64,000 nt of DNA, from NCBI GenBank assembly GCA_046563655.1, contig CM102284.1, positions 7,688,001-7,752,000 of the forward strand, written 5' to 3'. Positions within the stretch are counted from its first letter, which is position 1. The number at the start of each line of letters is the position of its first letter. Positions 25,392 through 36,413 of the stretch are shown here, one piece after another. A program made the translations under genes and the position numbers. The notes under the pieces are model-generated. The model ran no database searches, was not told the DNA's origin, and worked only from the letters and a program-made list of their open reading frames with translations. Source of the stretch: Yuukianura sp. NJ FZ-2021. Lineage: Eukaryota.

Positions 25392-25530
25392 ACCAGTTCA
25401 AACTTCGAATGAAATTTCGAGTTTTGAAATTTCGAAAACAGCTTAAAATTCACACTCTGATTTACTCTCTTACTTGACTTTGTTTAGAATATTTTCTCAA
25501 AAAATTGTTCAGTTTTTCCGTTCTGGACGG

Positions 25531-26753
25531 ATGTCCCGTCGAATTAAAAGAAACAGGACGTTCTCATGCCACCAGCATTCAGGTCAAAGGTTTCAAACAA
25601 TTTCAAAATTCTTTCAAAATTTTAACAATACAAATGTCTGGCTAATTCGAAATTGCTAAAACAAGAAGCTAGATTTCGATTCGGTTAGAAAAATGGCACT
25701 TCTGGAGGGTTACAGATTGACTCCATTGCAGTTGGACTCGTTCCAGCCACCTTCCAGTGCTGTAGGGCACAGGAGACGTCGACAGAAAGGAAGTGAAGAA
25801 GATTCGCATGATGGATTCGGCAGCAGCGGTGATCGTCACTCTTCAAATTCCAGAAATTCTGGAGAAGAAGCTGCATCATGGAGTTACTCCGTTCCAGTTC
25901 TGTCCACTTTTCTTGGATTCGTCCAGGTACGCTTCAAAACAAAAATATTCAAAAGCAAATCCCAAAATTTTGAAATCTTTGATGTTTACCTTTGCTAAAT
26001 TTTGTTTAGGTTTTGCTGTACTTTTGGTCTGATCGAGCTGGAATCAAGACGGAGGAGGACATCGGAGTCAGTTGGACCAAAGTTAGCCAAGATGGAGGCT
26101 TCTGGCGTCTCATTTTTGCTCACTACTTTCATTTCGGACGTCTTCATGTCATACTCAACGTCATCAGTCTCTATTGCTTTGGTAAAGCTTGACATTTATT
26201 ATACATATATTATATTATTTAATTCGTTTTTTGACAACCTTTTCAGGACGATTTCTGGAGCGGAAGATGCAATGGTTCGCACTTTTGGTGATTTTGGAAG
26301 CAATGGGAATTGGATCCAACGTGCTGTTCATTTTGACCAATCGTTTCGTCGCTGGAGGCGCTGCAGATCCAATCGCTTGTGGATTTTCACGTTAGTGGTC
26401 TCCAAAATCAAAATTTTGAAAACTTGAAATTTTTGTGAAAAGTTTTGTTTTTTGAATTTCTAGATGTTCACTATGGACTGCGGATTCTGCTGGCCTACAT
26501 CCAGGAACCGCGAAACTACGAGCCCAGTCTGTTCCTCGGCATGTTTCCAGCCTATTTGTCACCAATTTGGGCTCCATGGCAACCCGTCCTGGAAGTGTCG
26601 CTACTCAAACTAATCATTCCGGAACTCAATGTCGTCGGTCACTTCAGTGGCATTGTGATGGGGTTCCTCATTTCATTTGTCCTCAAAATTGTCCCACCAC
26701 GACTCATCTACACGCAACAATTCGTCCACGCTAGGAATTGGCGCCGCGGATAA
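25531..26753 (+). CDS. Rhomboid-family intramembrane protease (RHBDD1/RHBDL4-like, divergent)
   Basis: The spliced frame gives the WR motif (FWRLIFAHYFHFGRLHVILN), FLERK, catalytic-Ser region ACGFS and catalytic His VGHFSGIVMG. Confidence 0.78.
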
Positions 26754-27134
26754 ACTCTATTCTACGTCTTTTCCATTCCTTGTTCCAAATTTCCAAGTTT
26801 TTGTCAAAATTTCTCATTTTGTGCCAAGATTTTCAAGTTTTTTTTTGTCTCTCTTGTCATTTTTCGCCCAAATTTTGTAGTTTTTGTCAAATTTTCTTTT
26901 TATTACATAAAAACATTACATAAAATTATGCTTCAAGAAGTGCACAAATCTAAATCGTAAAAGTTTATCACATTTAGTTTTTCATGATTAATTGACAGAT
27001 TTAGTTGCAAGTAGTGGTGAGATCGAGTATAATTTTAAGTTTTTACTAAGTTTTTGTGTGTTTCTGGTTTTGCATGAGAACTTGTTGAAGATTTCGTTTT
27101 CTAATTTGTTACAAATTTACCTACTTTTCGTTGG

Positions 27135-28872
27135 TTAGTTGCGGGCTCTCCAGTTGTCACTGGTTTCAGCCTCCGAGTTACGACGGTTTCTGTTGAAGAA
27201 GTTGGTGTTGATCCATTCGCGGTGTCTCTGTTGGTTGTGACGAAAAGGTTGTGAAGTTGCTGACGGTGAGTTGTGGTGAATGTTGAGTCTCCAATTTGGA
27301 ATTTCATTGGCCTCTCGACTGCTACTGTGAAATCCACTGCCAAAGCGGTTACGTCCTCGATTCATCAAGCTTCCATTTCTAACAGGAGAGTCATCATCGT
27401 CCGACAGAAGGAACACATGAGACGGAATGCGTGGCAGTTGATGTTGGATCATTGACCAATGGTCGTAGGGTTCACAGGCTTCACGGAATCTGTCCAGTGT
27501 TTCTTCTGGAGTCATGTGAGTAGAAGCGACACGTTGCGGTTTTGGGCAAGGAGTGGACGTTCGCTGATTCGTACTGGGCTGGTCGCCTCTGTCACCGCGA
27601 CGAACGGGAATGAAGAAATCTTCGTCCCAACAAGTCGGTGTCGGGAGTGGAAATGGAGCGATAATCCCACGTCTAAAGACGAAAAACGACAATAAAACGT
27701 CGAAACACGAAAATTGTATTTTCAAATAGTAATGCTTTTTTTACGGTGGTTTGAGGTAGTGTTGGATCAAGATTCGTTTCTCTCGTGCTCGCAGCATTTG
27801 TTGTCGCATTTCCTTGGTCGTAGGGGGTTTGGCCCACTGGATTTCCAGTGCCACTCCGCGGACTTTGAATCCATTGAGTCCCTCTTTAGCCTTGGCAGCA
27901 TCCGCTCTCTCAGCGAAGTGAATGAAAGCGAAATCCTTGATTTTCTTGACACGGTCTAGTGGTCCGAATTCTTCAAACAGGAGTCTTAGCTCCCCCTCAG
28001 TTACGGCTGCTGGGATGTGTCGCACGTACAGAATTTGAACCTTGGACATCGTTGCATCATCTACTTCTTGTTCCGGATCGGCCCAGTCTACCATGACTGC
28101 AAATAGTGAAATTAACTTAGATTAATTTGCAATTTGTTGACTTAATTTAGTTCGCTTGTTGTTTAGTGAAGTAGTAATTACCATCACATCCAAAGATTTT
28201 AGAATCACGAGTGGACAATCGACGTTTTGCGGCGGCTGCAGCACGGTGAGTCTCGTAATCGAGAAAGCAAAATCCACGGTTCTTCTTGCCGTCATCCGGT
28301 GAGTAGTAAATGATAACTTCTTTTAGACCAGCTGAAACGTCAAAGATTCGACAAAATTACACTTGATTATTCAGTTACTCAATAACTAATCAATTAGTTC
28401 AATCACGTTTCCTACGATACTTACGTGCTTTAGTCGCAAATTCTCGAAACAGTTCCGCCTGTCCCTTGGCCTTTGGAATGTTACCGATGAACAGACGTGT
28501 ATTCGGTACCGAGCGCGTCACCTTGAGATACTGCCGATGTCGTACCTGGCGACCGTTCATTTTCATAATCGCTTTAGCAGCATCCTCATGTCGTACAAAA
28601 GTGATGAAAGCGAAGCCTTTGTGCAGTCCAGTCACTGGAAACTTCGGAAATCGAATTTCCCGTATTTCGCCAAAAGAACTGAACAGAGTGCGCAGTTCAG
28701 CCTCGTTCACCTCCTTTGGTATGCGACCACAAAATACCTCAGCTTCAGCAGCATGGCAACTAGCAGTCTCTTCTTCTTGTTGATGCCCGGGCGACCGACC
28801 TTGACCTTGGACATGGTCCCCTTGATCTCCTCTGTCCCTTGGAGACGATACTGATCCTTGGACCGAGGCCAT
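27135..28872 (-). CDS. Three-RRM RNA-binding protein, hnRNP Q/R (Syncrip)-like
   Basis: EVFCGRIPK, HKGFAFITF, NTRLFIGNIPK, GLKEVIIYYSPDDGKKNRGFCFLDYETHRAAAAAKRRL, VDWADPEQEVDDATMSKVQILYVR, RVKKIKDFAFIHF, WAKPP. Four exons. Confidence 0.85.
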
Positions 28873-29177
28873 GTTGACACGAGGACAGTAACAATACAGT
28901 AGTTTTGGAATGAACCTGAAATTTTCTGGACGATTTTCTAAATTTTCAAGATTGGTTGAGCAAGAGACAAAGAAATTTTAGGTCTTTGACACTTGACAGC
29001 CAAATGACAACTGAGGCAGTCAGCTGAGAAATTTCAAGAAAAAAAAGTGAACAAAGAAAGTAAACAACTGAATTGTAGAGGGCATGCGCGTCGCTATAGC
29101 ACCCTAATAAAAGGGCCCCGCCCCAGCGCGTCACCTTACTTAAAAAAAGTAGAACGTTTATCACTTCCAGTTCCAGT

Positions 29178-29596
29178 CAGTGTTGCTGGATATCCACTTT
29201 TTCGACATTTCATCCACGGCTGAATATCCAGTGAAAGAAATGGATGAAATGGATGAATCCAAAGGGGCGGAGCTTTGCCCCCAGGTATGAATAATTTGCA
29301 AATAAACAGTGAAAAGAAATCAATAGCACTACAGAAATCACTGCAAATCGTGCAACGTAAGGTTAAATATCGAAACAAATGAACCAAAAGCGATTTAAAT
29401 AGTTAATTAAATGGTTTCATAATAATTTGTTTAAAAATAATCGTTTTTGTACTGAATTTTTAGTATTTTAACCTTATTGTATTGAATTAATTTAAATCCC
29501 GCGAGTAAAGCTCCGCCCTTTTGGATTCATCCGTTTCGTCCGCTAGATATCCAGCCGTAGATGAAACGACGAAAAAGTGGATATCCACCAACACTG
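29178..29596. mobile_element. MITE with ~120-bp inverted arms (CAGTGTT ends, hAT-like)
   Basis: CAGTGTTGCTGGATATCCACTTTTTCG.. vs ..CGAAAAAGTGGATATCCACCAACACTG. The arms also share GGATGAATCCAAA.GGGCGGAGCTTT. No clean TSD was seen. Confidence 0.7.
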
Positions 29597-29927
29597 ATCA
29601 CTTCCAATTGGAAAACGACCAGAATGCTTCGCATTCTTGCTGGGGCATAGCCCCCCCCCAGGACTTATCAAGCGTCCTATAGTTCATCTATTAGGGGGTT
29701 TCAAATTTATTTTTGCGCTGTTCCTAGTAGCAACGCAAGTAAAATTTGACGGGTTGAGTTAAGGCGCGACCAATTTTTCGTACTCAGAAAAGGTAAATTT
29801 AAAATTGACGCTTAATTCCTCTGAAGGTTACCCATGGACAAAAGTTTAATTACGACAACCCATATCCTAATTAAGTGAAATTTTTTTTAAAACTTAATCG
29901 CTCTCTTCTTCGCTGGATTCTGAGCTG

Positions 29928-32487
29928 GGGACTATTTCACCACTTTACATTTTTCACTTTTCAATAATCAATCCGCAGTTTGCAATTTTTGCAAATTGAG
30001 GATGAGGAGCGTTTCACCATAACAACAAGCTCCTCAAATTTCCTTCCGCAGTTTTCAACCTTTTTTTTTGAAAAGTGAGGAAGAAAAACTGAGCAAAATG
30101 AAGAGTGATGATGAGTGATGACTCTTCATTTACGTCTCGCAAATATGGATATTACACTACTGGAAATTGAAACGTTTGGTCCAGTCAAAACTTGGTGACC
30201 GTGCATGGGTCACCGTCGGTTAGTGAACGTCCATTAATAACTGTGAATTGGACGCTATGCATTGGCGACCGTCCGTTAGTGGCCGCCCATTATGATATCG
30301 GCCAACCAGTGACCGTTACCTCTTAAGGTGACCTTCGAAACTCTCCATTTGCTGCATGTCAGGAACAATTCCCGGATCCTTATTGACAGTCACTTATGCA
30401 CAGTGGTCGATTTTAAAAAAAACAGTTCAGGCGTTTTTTGAAACAAACTTTAATTTCAATGTTGCCGTTGACAACTCATTCGGTTCAAGGAATGCAACAC
30501 TACACAATGTACCCATTCTGCTTCTTTCAACATTTAGCAATTGGCTAACTTTAAAAAACAAAACTTAACTGACAACTTAACTTAACAAGGCTGACTGTTG
30601 ATCTTGACCTTGAATGTTGACCTTTGACTATTGACCTTTGAGTATTGACCTTGACGTTGACCGAACGATGACTCTTCCTCGAAAAACGGCTTGATTGACG
30701 ACCGACCAGAAACACGCAAAACACAAAGAACAGTTTGAGTTTTGAGATTTTTTGAAACTTTGGAATTGGCGTGTCCAAAGTGGTGACGCCAAATCTCACC
30801 ATAACATCACGTTATGAATGCGAAATCACAAATTCGGAAATTATGATTACTGCAACCAATAATGTAAAAAATAATTTAGCAATACTTTGAATAAGCCTTG
30901 TGCCACGACTAAGCATTTTCCGGGGATCTCCGCAACAAAATATTGAAGATCAAGGCTTCCAGAACGCGAATCACCATTGGGTTTGTCATTAGAGGGTGAG
31001 GCATTTTGAGGCAAAAAATCAATCGGTACCTCAATTTTTGGGTCAAAATGACACTGATACGTTAGTTTGTTTACAAAATTTATTTGATTCCCTGAGAACC
31101 AAATAATAAAAAAACAACCACTGTGTTATGGAGCTATACACTTATGCACGGGCAATTATGCACACACGAACACGGTGGTTTCCCGAGGGAGATGACCCCC
31201 GGGTCTGGGCAGGGGGTGGGTGTCAATTAGCACTATATTTGTAGAAAAATCACATTAATAAGTCAATTTGAATCGTTTATACAACATTTCATGACGAATC
31301 TGTCCAGTAATGGACGGCAACTCATAATAATCAAGCACTTTTCAATCTTTGAAGAAGCCCTCGACCTTCTTCAAAAAAAATTGAAAAGTGCAAAACTTTG
31401 CACACATTTTGTTGCCAAAGAAAAAGCAGTGAAACACTCTTCACGCTTTTTTAGTGAAAATTTCCTCAATTTTCACTTTGCAAAATCCATCCACTATGCA
31501 ACGTTGTTATGGTGAAACAGTCCACTCCTCAATTTTCTCGAAAACATGAAAATTGAGGAGAAAAAAGTGCAAAATGAAAAGTGGTGAAATACACCCCAGG
31601 GGTGTAATCCTCAGTTTGCAATTTTTGCAAAGTGAGGATGCAGAGCGTTTCACCATAACAACATACTCCTCAAATTCCCTTCCGCAGTTTTCATCCCTTT
31701 TTTTTGAAAAGTGAGGAGAAAAAAAGAGCAAAGTGAAGAGTGATGAATGATGATTCTTCATTTACGTTTCGTAGATGGACATTCCACTACTCAAAATCGA
31801 AACTTTAGGTTCAAACAGAACTTGGTGACCGTCCATTGGTCACGATCTGTCATTGAACGTCCATTAGTGACTGTCCATTGATGACTATGTATTGGCCAGA
31901 GTCCGTTAGTGATAATCCAACAGGATATCGGTCCGCAAGTGACCGTGAATTAGTGACTGGTTATTCCAGAGGTTGACCTTCGACACTCTCCATTCGCGCC
32001 ATGTCAGGAATCCCGCATCCTTATGGACACTTATGGACCTATACACTTATGGACAGACACTTACCAAATGACACTTACCGACTGATCCTTGTCATCCGTG
32101 TCACTTGAGTAGAGTCACCCATGACTCCAACTTAACTCCATTTTAATCATTAATTAAAACATGTCATGCCCAAAATGTCAGGTAATCGATGGCAACTCTA
32201 AAAAATCATACACTTTTCAATCTTTGAAGAAGCCCGCGACCTTCTTCAAAAAAAATTGAAAAGTGCAAAACTCTGCACACCTTTCGTTGCCAAAGGAAAA
32301 GCGGTGAAACACTCTTCACGCTTTTTTAGTGAAAAATTCCTCAATTTTCACTTTGCAAAATCAATCCCCAATTTGCAATTTTCACTCTGCAACGTTGTTA
32401 TGGTGAAACACTCCACTCCTCAATTTACTCGAAAAAATGAAAATTGAGGAGAAAAAAGTGCAAAATGAAAAGTGGTGAAATACACCC
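29928..32487 (+). mobile_element. Head-to-tail dimer of PIF/Harbinger-like MITEs (29928-31596 and 31600-32487)
   Basis: TIR GGGTGTATTTCACCACTTTTCATTTTGCAC. Outer flanks CTG/CTG (29925-27, 32488-90) and CAG at the junction (31597-99), i.e. CWG target. The internal sequences are direct repeats of each other. Confidence 0.75.
30399..31125. mobile_element. Non-autonomous Transib-like element nested in the first MITE
   Basis: Ends CACAGTGGT.G.TTTT / ACCACTGTG. Exact 5-bp TSD TTATG (30394-98, 31126-30). Absent from the second MITE copy. Confidence 0.75.
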
Positions 32488-33944
32488 CTGGACTCAGTAT
32501 CGGATGACGATCCATTTCCCAAATCGATAATTATACCATCTTGATTTGTTCTTATAAAGGTATTTGCTAAGTTTTCCGTTTCCATGGTTAGGTTTTCTAA
32601 TTCAATGACATGCCTTTATAATATAGCCTAATAAATTCTTTCCCGAGTCCCAAGAATCCATCTTCCGAACCAATATTCAGCAAAATTACGCGCTTTCCTG
32701 CTCCTGCTCTATCGGTCACATTCAGATAGTCTATGGGAATATCCGAATGCTTCATGTGTCCCAACTTCACTTCGTTCTCAAATTCTATTTTCTCTTCTAG
32801 AAACGTTAGCACTGTACTTTGAATCATCTCCTTCGATTGCCAGGAAAAAGATTTCCCTTTACCCATTATTTATGGAAGTAACAATTAATTAACGAAAGAG
32901 AAATCACGTTAAACATAAGATAAAATGAAAATAAGGAATTAGGGGTTCTCACGGTCCAAAAAAGAATCCGATTCTTTTTCGAAAAGGATCTTTTTTTCTC
33001 GGTTTATAATCCGCCTCCGTGAGTGGACCGTTTCTGCGAAAGATTATAATCAGTGGAATGTATTAGGAAATAATAGCTATAGTCAAGTAGAAGGGAATTT
33101 CCACTTTTCCAAGATGGCCGCCCCCCCCCCCCCGGGCGCCCGCTAGGCGCACGGGTAATGGGTATTGGAAATTGGGATAGGCCAAGTGCCCTATATAGAG
33201 GATCGTCACCCCTCCCCCTTTGGTCCCCTCCTAATTCACCAAGGCCACCCCCCCCCCATCCTCCTTCCGCCAGATAGTCTCACCTCAGTATTCTCACCTC
33301 CCCCTATTCCACTAAGCTCCCCCCCCCCCCTGCCTGGCTCCTCCTGCATACAAGTATGAGATTATTAACTCCATCGTTTACCCCAGATTTGGCCTGCCCC
33401 CCCCCCAGAATCTCAAGGTCGCGCCAATCCTTTAACCCCCCAAGGTCACGGCACCTGTAATAGGGAAATGAACTTTCACCAGGATCCCGACATTGACTTT
33501 ATCCACATCTAACCTCGAGGTCACACGATTCCCTACACCCCATTCTCAAGGTCACGTTTGGGAGAAAAGCTTTCACCACACGACTTGAACTTGACCCATC
33601 TCAAGGTCACTTGCGCAAATGAAAAACATTAGCTTTACCAAATGACTTTTACTTACCCCGAGATCAAGGAAGCAATTTTGAGGGTGCGGTGTAAACTCAA
33701 ATGCAACCATTGGGCATGCGCCCGTTATAGTACAACACTATGCATGGTCGTAGCATATAAAAGTAAATGCAAATTCAAAATGTGGCACTTGTATGGTGGG
33801 AATAGGTGGCAGGTGCATTTCCCGTGTTCCCCTCGCTTCCATTACCCGTCCCTTTCTCCACAGACTGCTTTCTCTGACCAACAGACAATACCCCCACATT
33901 ACCACATGATTTACACATGTACACATTACACAATACCACATGAT

Positions 33945-34085
33945 TTTAAAAAAAAATCAATTTTTGAAAAAAAAAATCAATTTTTGAAAAAAAATCAATT
34001 TTTGAAAAAAAAATCAATTTCTAAAAAAATCAATTTTTGAAAAAAAAATCAATTTTTGAAAAAAAATCAATTTTTAAAAAAAAAA
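33945..34085 (+). repeat. A/T-tract tandem repeat (AAAAAAATCAATTTTTG-like, ~16-18 bp, ~8 units) in the left arm; mirror copy at ~38627-38785
   Basis: Directly visible. Unit number and length differ between the two arms. Confidence 0.85.
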
Positions 34086-34995
34086 GAATTTTTTCTACCA
34101 CTTCCATTAGCTGTCGTTTTGATAACTGGGAAAGCCGCGAGGACGGGAAAACTCAAATGGGTCAAAGGTCAAATATCCGAGTTACGCTACGCTCGGCAAG
34201 TACCACTACGCCGGGGGCGTGGCAAGCCTCAGTTTGGCAAGTCAGTCTTTAGCATTTCAATTGGGGGCGTGGCCAAAGGAAATGGTGCAATATGATTGGT
34301 CGACGACACTACATTGTACGCACGGCCATAAGACAAAGTTTCACGGTTTACATGTTGGCGGTTAGATTGACACTGAGGTCACACGTTAAGTTTTCGTGGT
34401 CTGCAATAAAGAATTGAGGCGATTACATTTTTTTTGTGAACTGGATTTGTATTGACTTAGAGCTTACCTCACAACAGGGGTGCTTGAATTTGGGTGAGAT
34501 CGTCTATACAAAGTAGCATCCCGCTTACAAGAATCCTATTACAGGAATATACTTTTTGCCGAATCAGAATGGCACCTTGTCAATTACTGAGGCCCCTCTG
34601 GGGTGAAACAATCCAATTTGAAATGACAAATGTGGAGCCCTTATATTTCATTCTGGCGGCATGTTCTGCCAAATCGTGAACGCTTAACGCTGCACTTTCC
34701 CTCAACTTGTGAAACCCATTGATGATAAGCGTAGAGAATTTAGTGGTGCATACTTTAATGCATTGTAAAAGCTGGTATCATTGCTTTGGCTGCCAGATTC
34801 GTACGCGGCATGAAAAAGTTGGCCTCTAACCGTCAAGAATTTACAATCTACAGCACATTAAACTTTTCTACGAATAAATGTACACAAACACAAATGTGAC
34901 ATGACATGGAAAATTGGTTTATTTTACAAATTGTGAAAAAAATTTTTTTACAAAAACAAGGCAAAGACTTAGCGATAGGTTATAGTAAAGTTCAC

Positions 34996-35562
34996 TTAGA
35001 AAAATATTTTTTTAGTAGAGGCAAGTCCGGTAATTCCATTTCCTGCAATTTGCAGCGTTTCATCTTCGATGCCGACGACAAGCACAACTAGATCTTTTGG
35101 AATCGCAGCGTCAAAGTTTATTTCCAGTCCAAGTTGTCCCATTCGTCCTGCAGTAAATCCATCTGCCCACAAGTCTTGAAGGTCAAATGCAAAGACTGCG
35201 TTGCCGTCGACAAATTGTTGATAGGTAATGTCGTTTCCACCACTTCCAATTAGTTTGCACAAGTTTTGATATGCCAGCATGTAGTTTTTGTCTTTGAAAA
35301 CCATTTCGTCAAACACAACAGGTCTGTTTTCAAACTTTAACACAATCCGGTTTACGCCATGAGGTTTAAAATTGAATGGTGAACTTTGAACTTTTCCGTC
35401 GTAAACGTCTCGTTCAATAAATGCGACGAAAACAGCTTTGGGAATCTTCGAAGACTGGTAAACTCTAGCCAATTCGATACAGTTCAGGCTGGCCGGAACG
35501 TATTCTACTTGCATGTGCGCCTGATCGTAATTCTGGACGGCCAATGAAAACAAAATCTGCAT
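34996..35562 (-). CDS. Inverted partial copy of the capsid gene (C-terminal 177 aa) with its own ATG and an 11-aa novel N-terminus
   Basis: 188-aa ORF identical to the capsid C-terminus from YDQAHMQ onward except P>A and R>K. Expression unknown. Confidence 0.5.
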   Translation of the reverse strand: MQILFSLAVQNYDQAHMQVEYVPASLNCIELARVYQSSKIPKAVFVAFIERDVYDGKVQSSPFNFKPHGVNRIVLKFENRPVVFDEMVFKDKNYMLAYQNLCKLIGSGGNDITYQQFVDGNAVFAFDLQDLWADGFTAGRMGQLGLEINFDAAIPKDLVVLVVGIEDETLQIAGNGITGLASTKKIFF

Positions 35563-35722
35563 GGGATATATTTTGTGAGCTCCTGCTAATGCACGTTACG
35601 ACGGCATTTAACAATTGGGTTGCCGATGGATTCGTGTCAATTTAAGACGTACTTTACCATTGAATAAAATCAGTAGTGAGTTGGACGTCGGTGAGTGCAC
35701 AGTACTGAGTTCCAGTGGAAGC

Positions 35723-36259
35723 ATGGCAGAGGATTCTCCAGTGGAAGATTGCTTGTCCGTCGGCACAACGGCAATGGAACCGGATAAAGTACTTCCAAAC
35801 CCAAGGAACAATAGAAAGCGGACGTTTTCAATAGTAGACGATGAGAAGTTTCATGGTGTTGAACAAAGTGACAACAAATTGACTCCCAAAATTTCAAGGA
35901 AAAGAACCTCTCGTTCATTTAAACCGCTTGGGACATCCACTATTGTTCCGAAAAAGCACTCTGATGCGTCGATTTCGGAATTATTTTCCAAAAGGCTGTC
36001 AATAACGCGCCCAAAATCAACACAAAAGTTGAAAAGAAGGCGCCACAATTCGCAATTGACTCAAAAATTACCAAAAAGTGCATCACGGAAGCAAACGACC
36101 ATATCGGATTCGAGCAAAAAGTCTCTCCCTAATTGTACTAAAATGAGCAAATGTCTGGACAATAGTGCACCTACGCTGAAATTTGGCAACAATACTGGAA
36201 GAAATGAGACCTTTTTGGAGAAATATCTCGAAAATTCACGTCAAAAGGCATTAAAATGA
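35723..36259 (+). CDS. Basic Lys/Arg/Ser-rich ORF of unknown function in the Maverick core
   Basis: Open frame 35615-36259 with first ATG at 35723 (178 aa). NLS-like RKR and KRRR clusters. Lies directly upstream of the capsid gene. Confidence 0.45.
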   Translation: MAEDSPVEDCLSVGTTAMEPDKVLPNPRNNRKRTFSIVDDEKFHGVEQSDNKLTPKISRKRTSRSFKPLGTSTIVPKKHSDASISELFSKRLSITRPKSTQKLKRRRHNSQLTQKLPKSASRKQTTISDSSKKSLPNCTKMSKCLDNSAPTLKFGNNTGRNETFLEKYLENSRQKALK

Positions 36260-36413
36260 AGACATTTGTGACCAAGTAGTCAGTCGTAATTTAAAGTTCA
36301 ACGGAGCAACACGCTGAGTTTTCTGTGCAATAACACAGCATTTTAACATTTAAACCCTTCAGTATTGAATTCGCACTCATCCAGGCAACATCTCCTTTAT
36401 TTTTCTCCCAAAT

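Larger units (their letters stand above)
29894..32866 (-). pseudogene. Internally deleted IS630/Tc1/mariner-type transposase remnant, split by MITEs
   Basis: GAGKRVILLNIGSEDGF motif (32597-32866 ORF). Removing the insertion at 29928-32490 restores the in-frame acidic tail IIDLGNGSSSDTESSSESSEEESD* (stop 29894-96). Confidence 0.6.
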
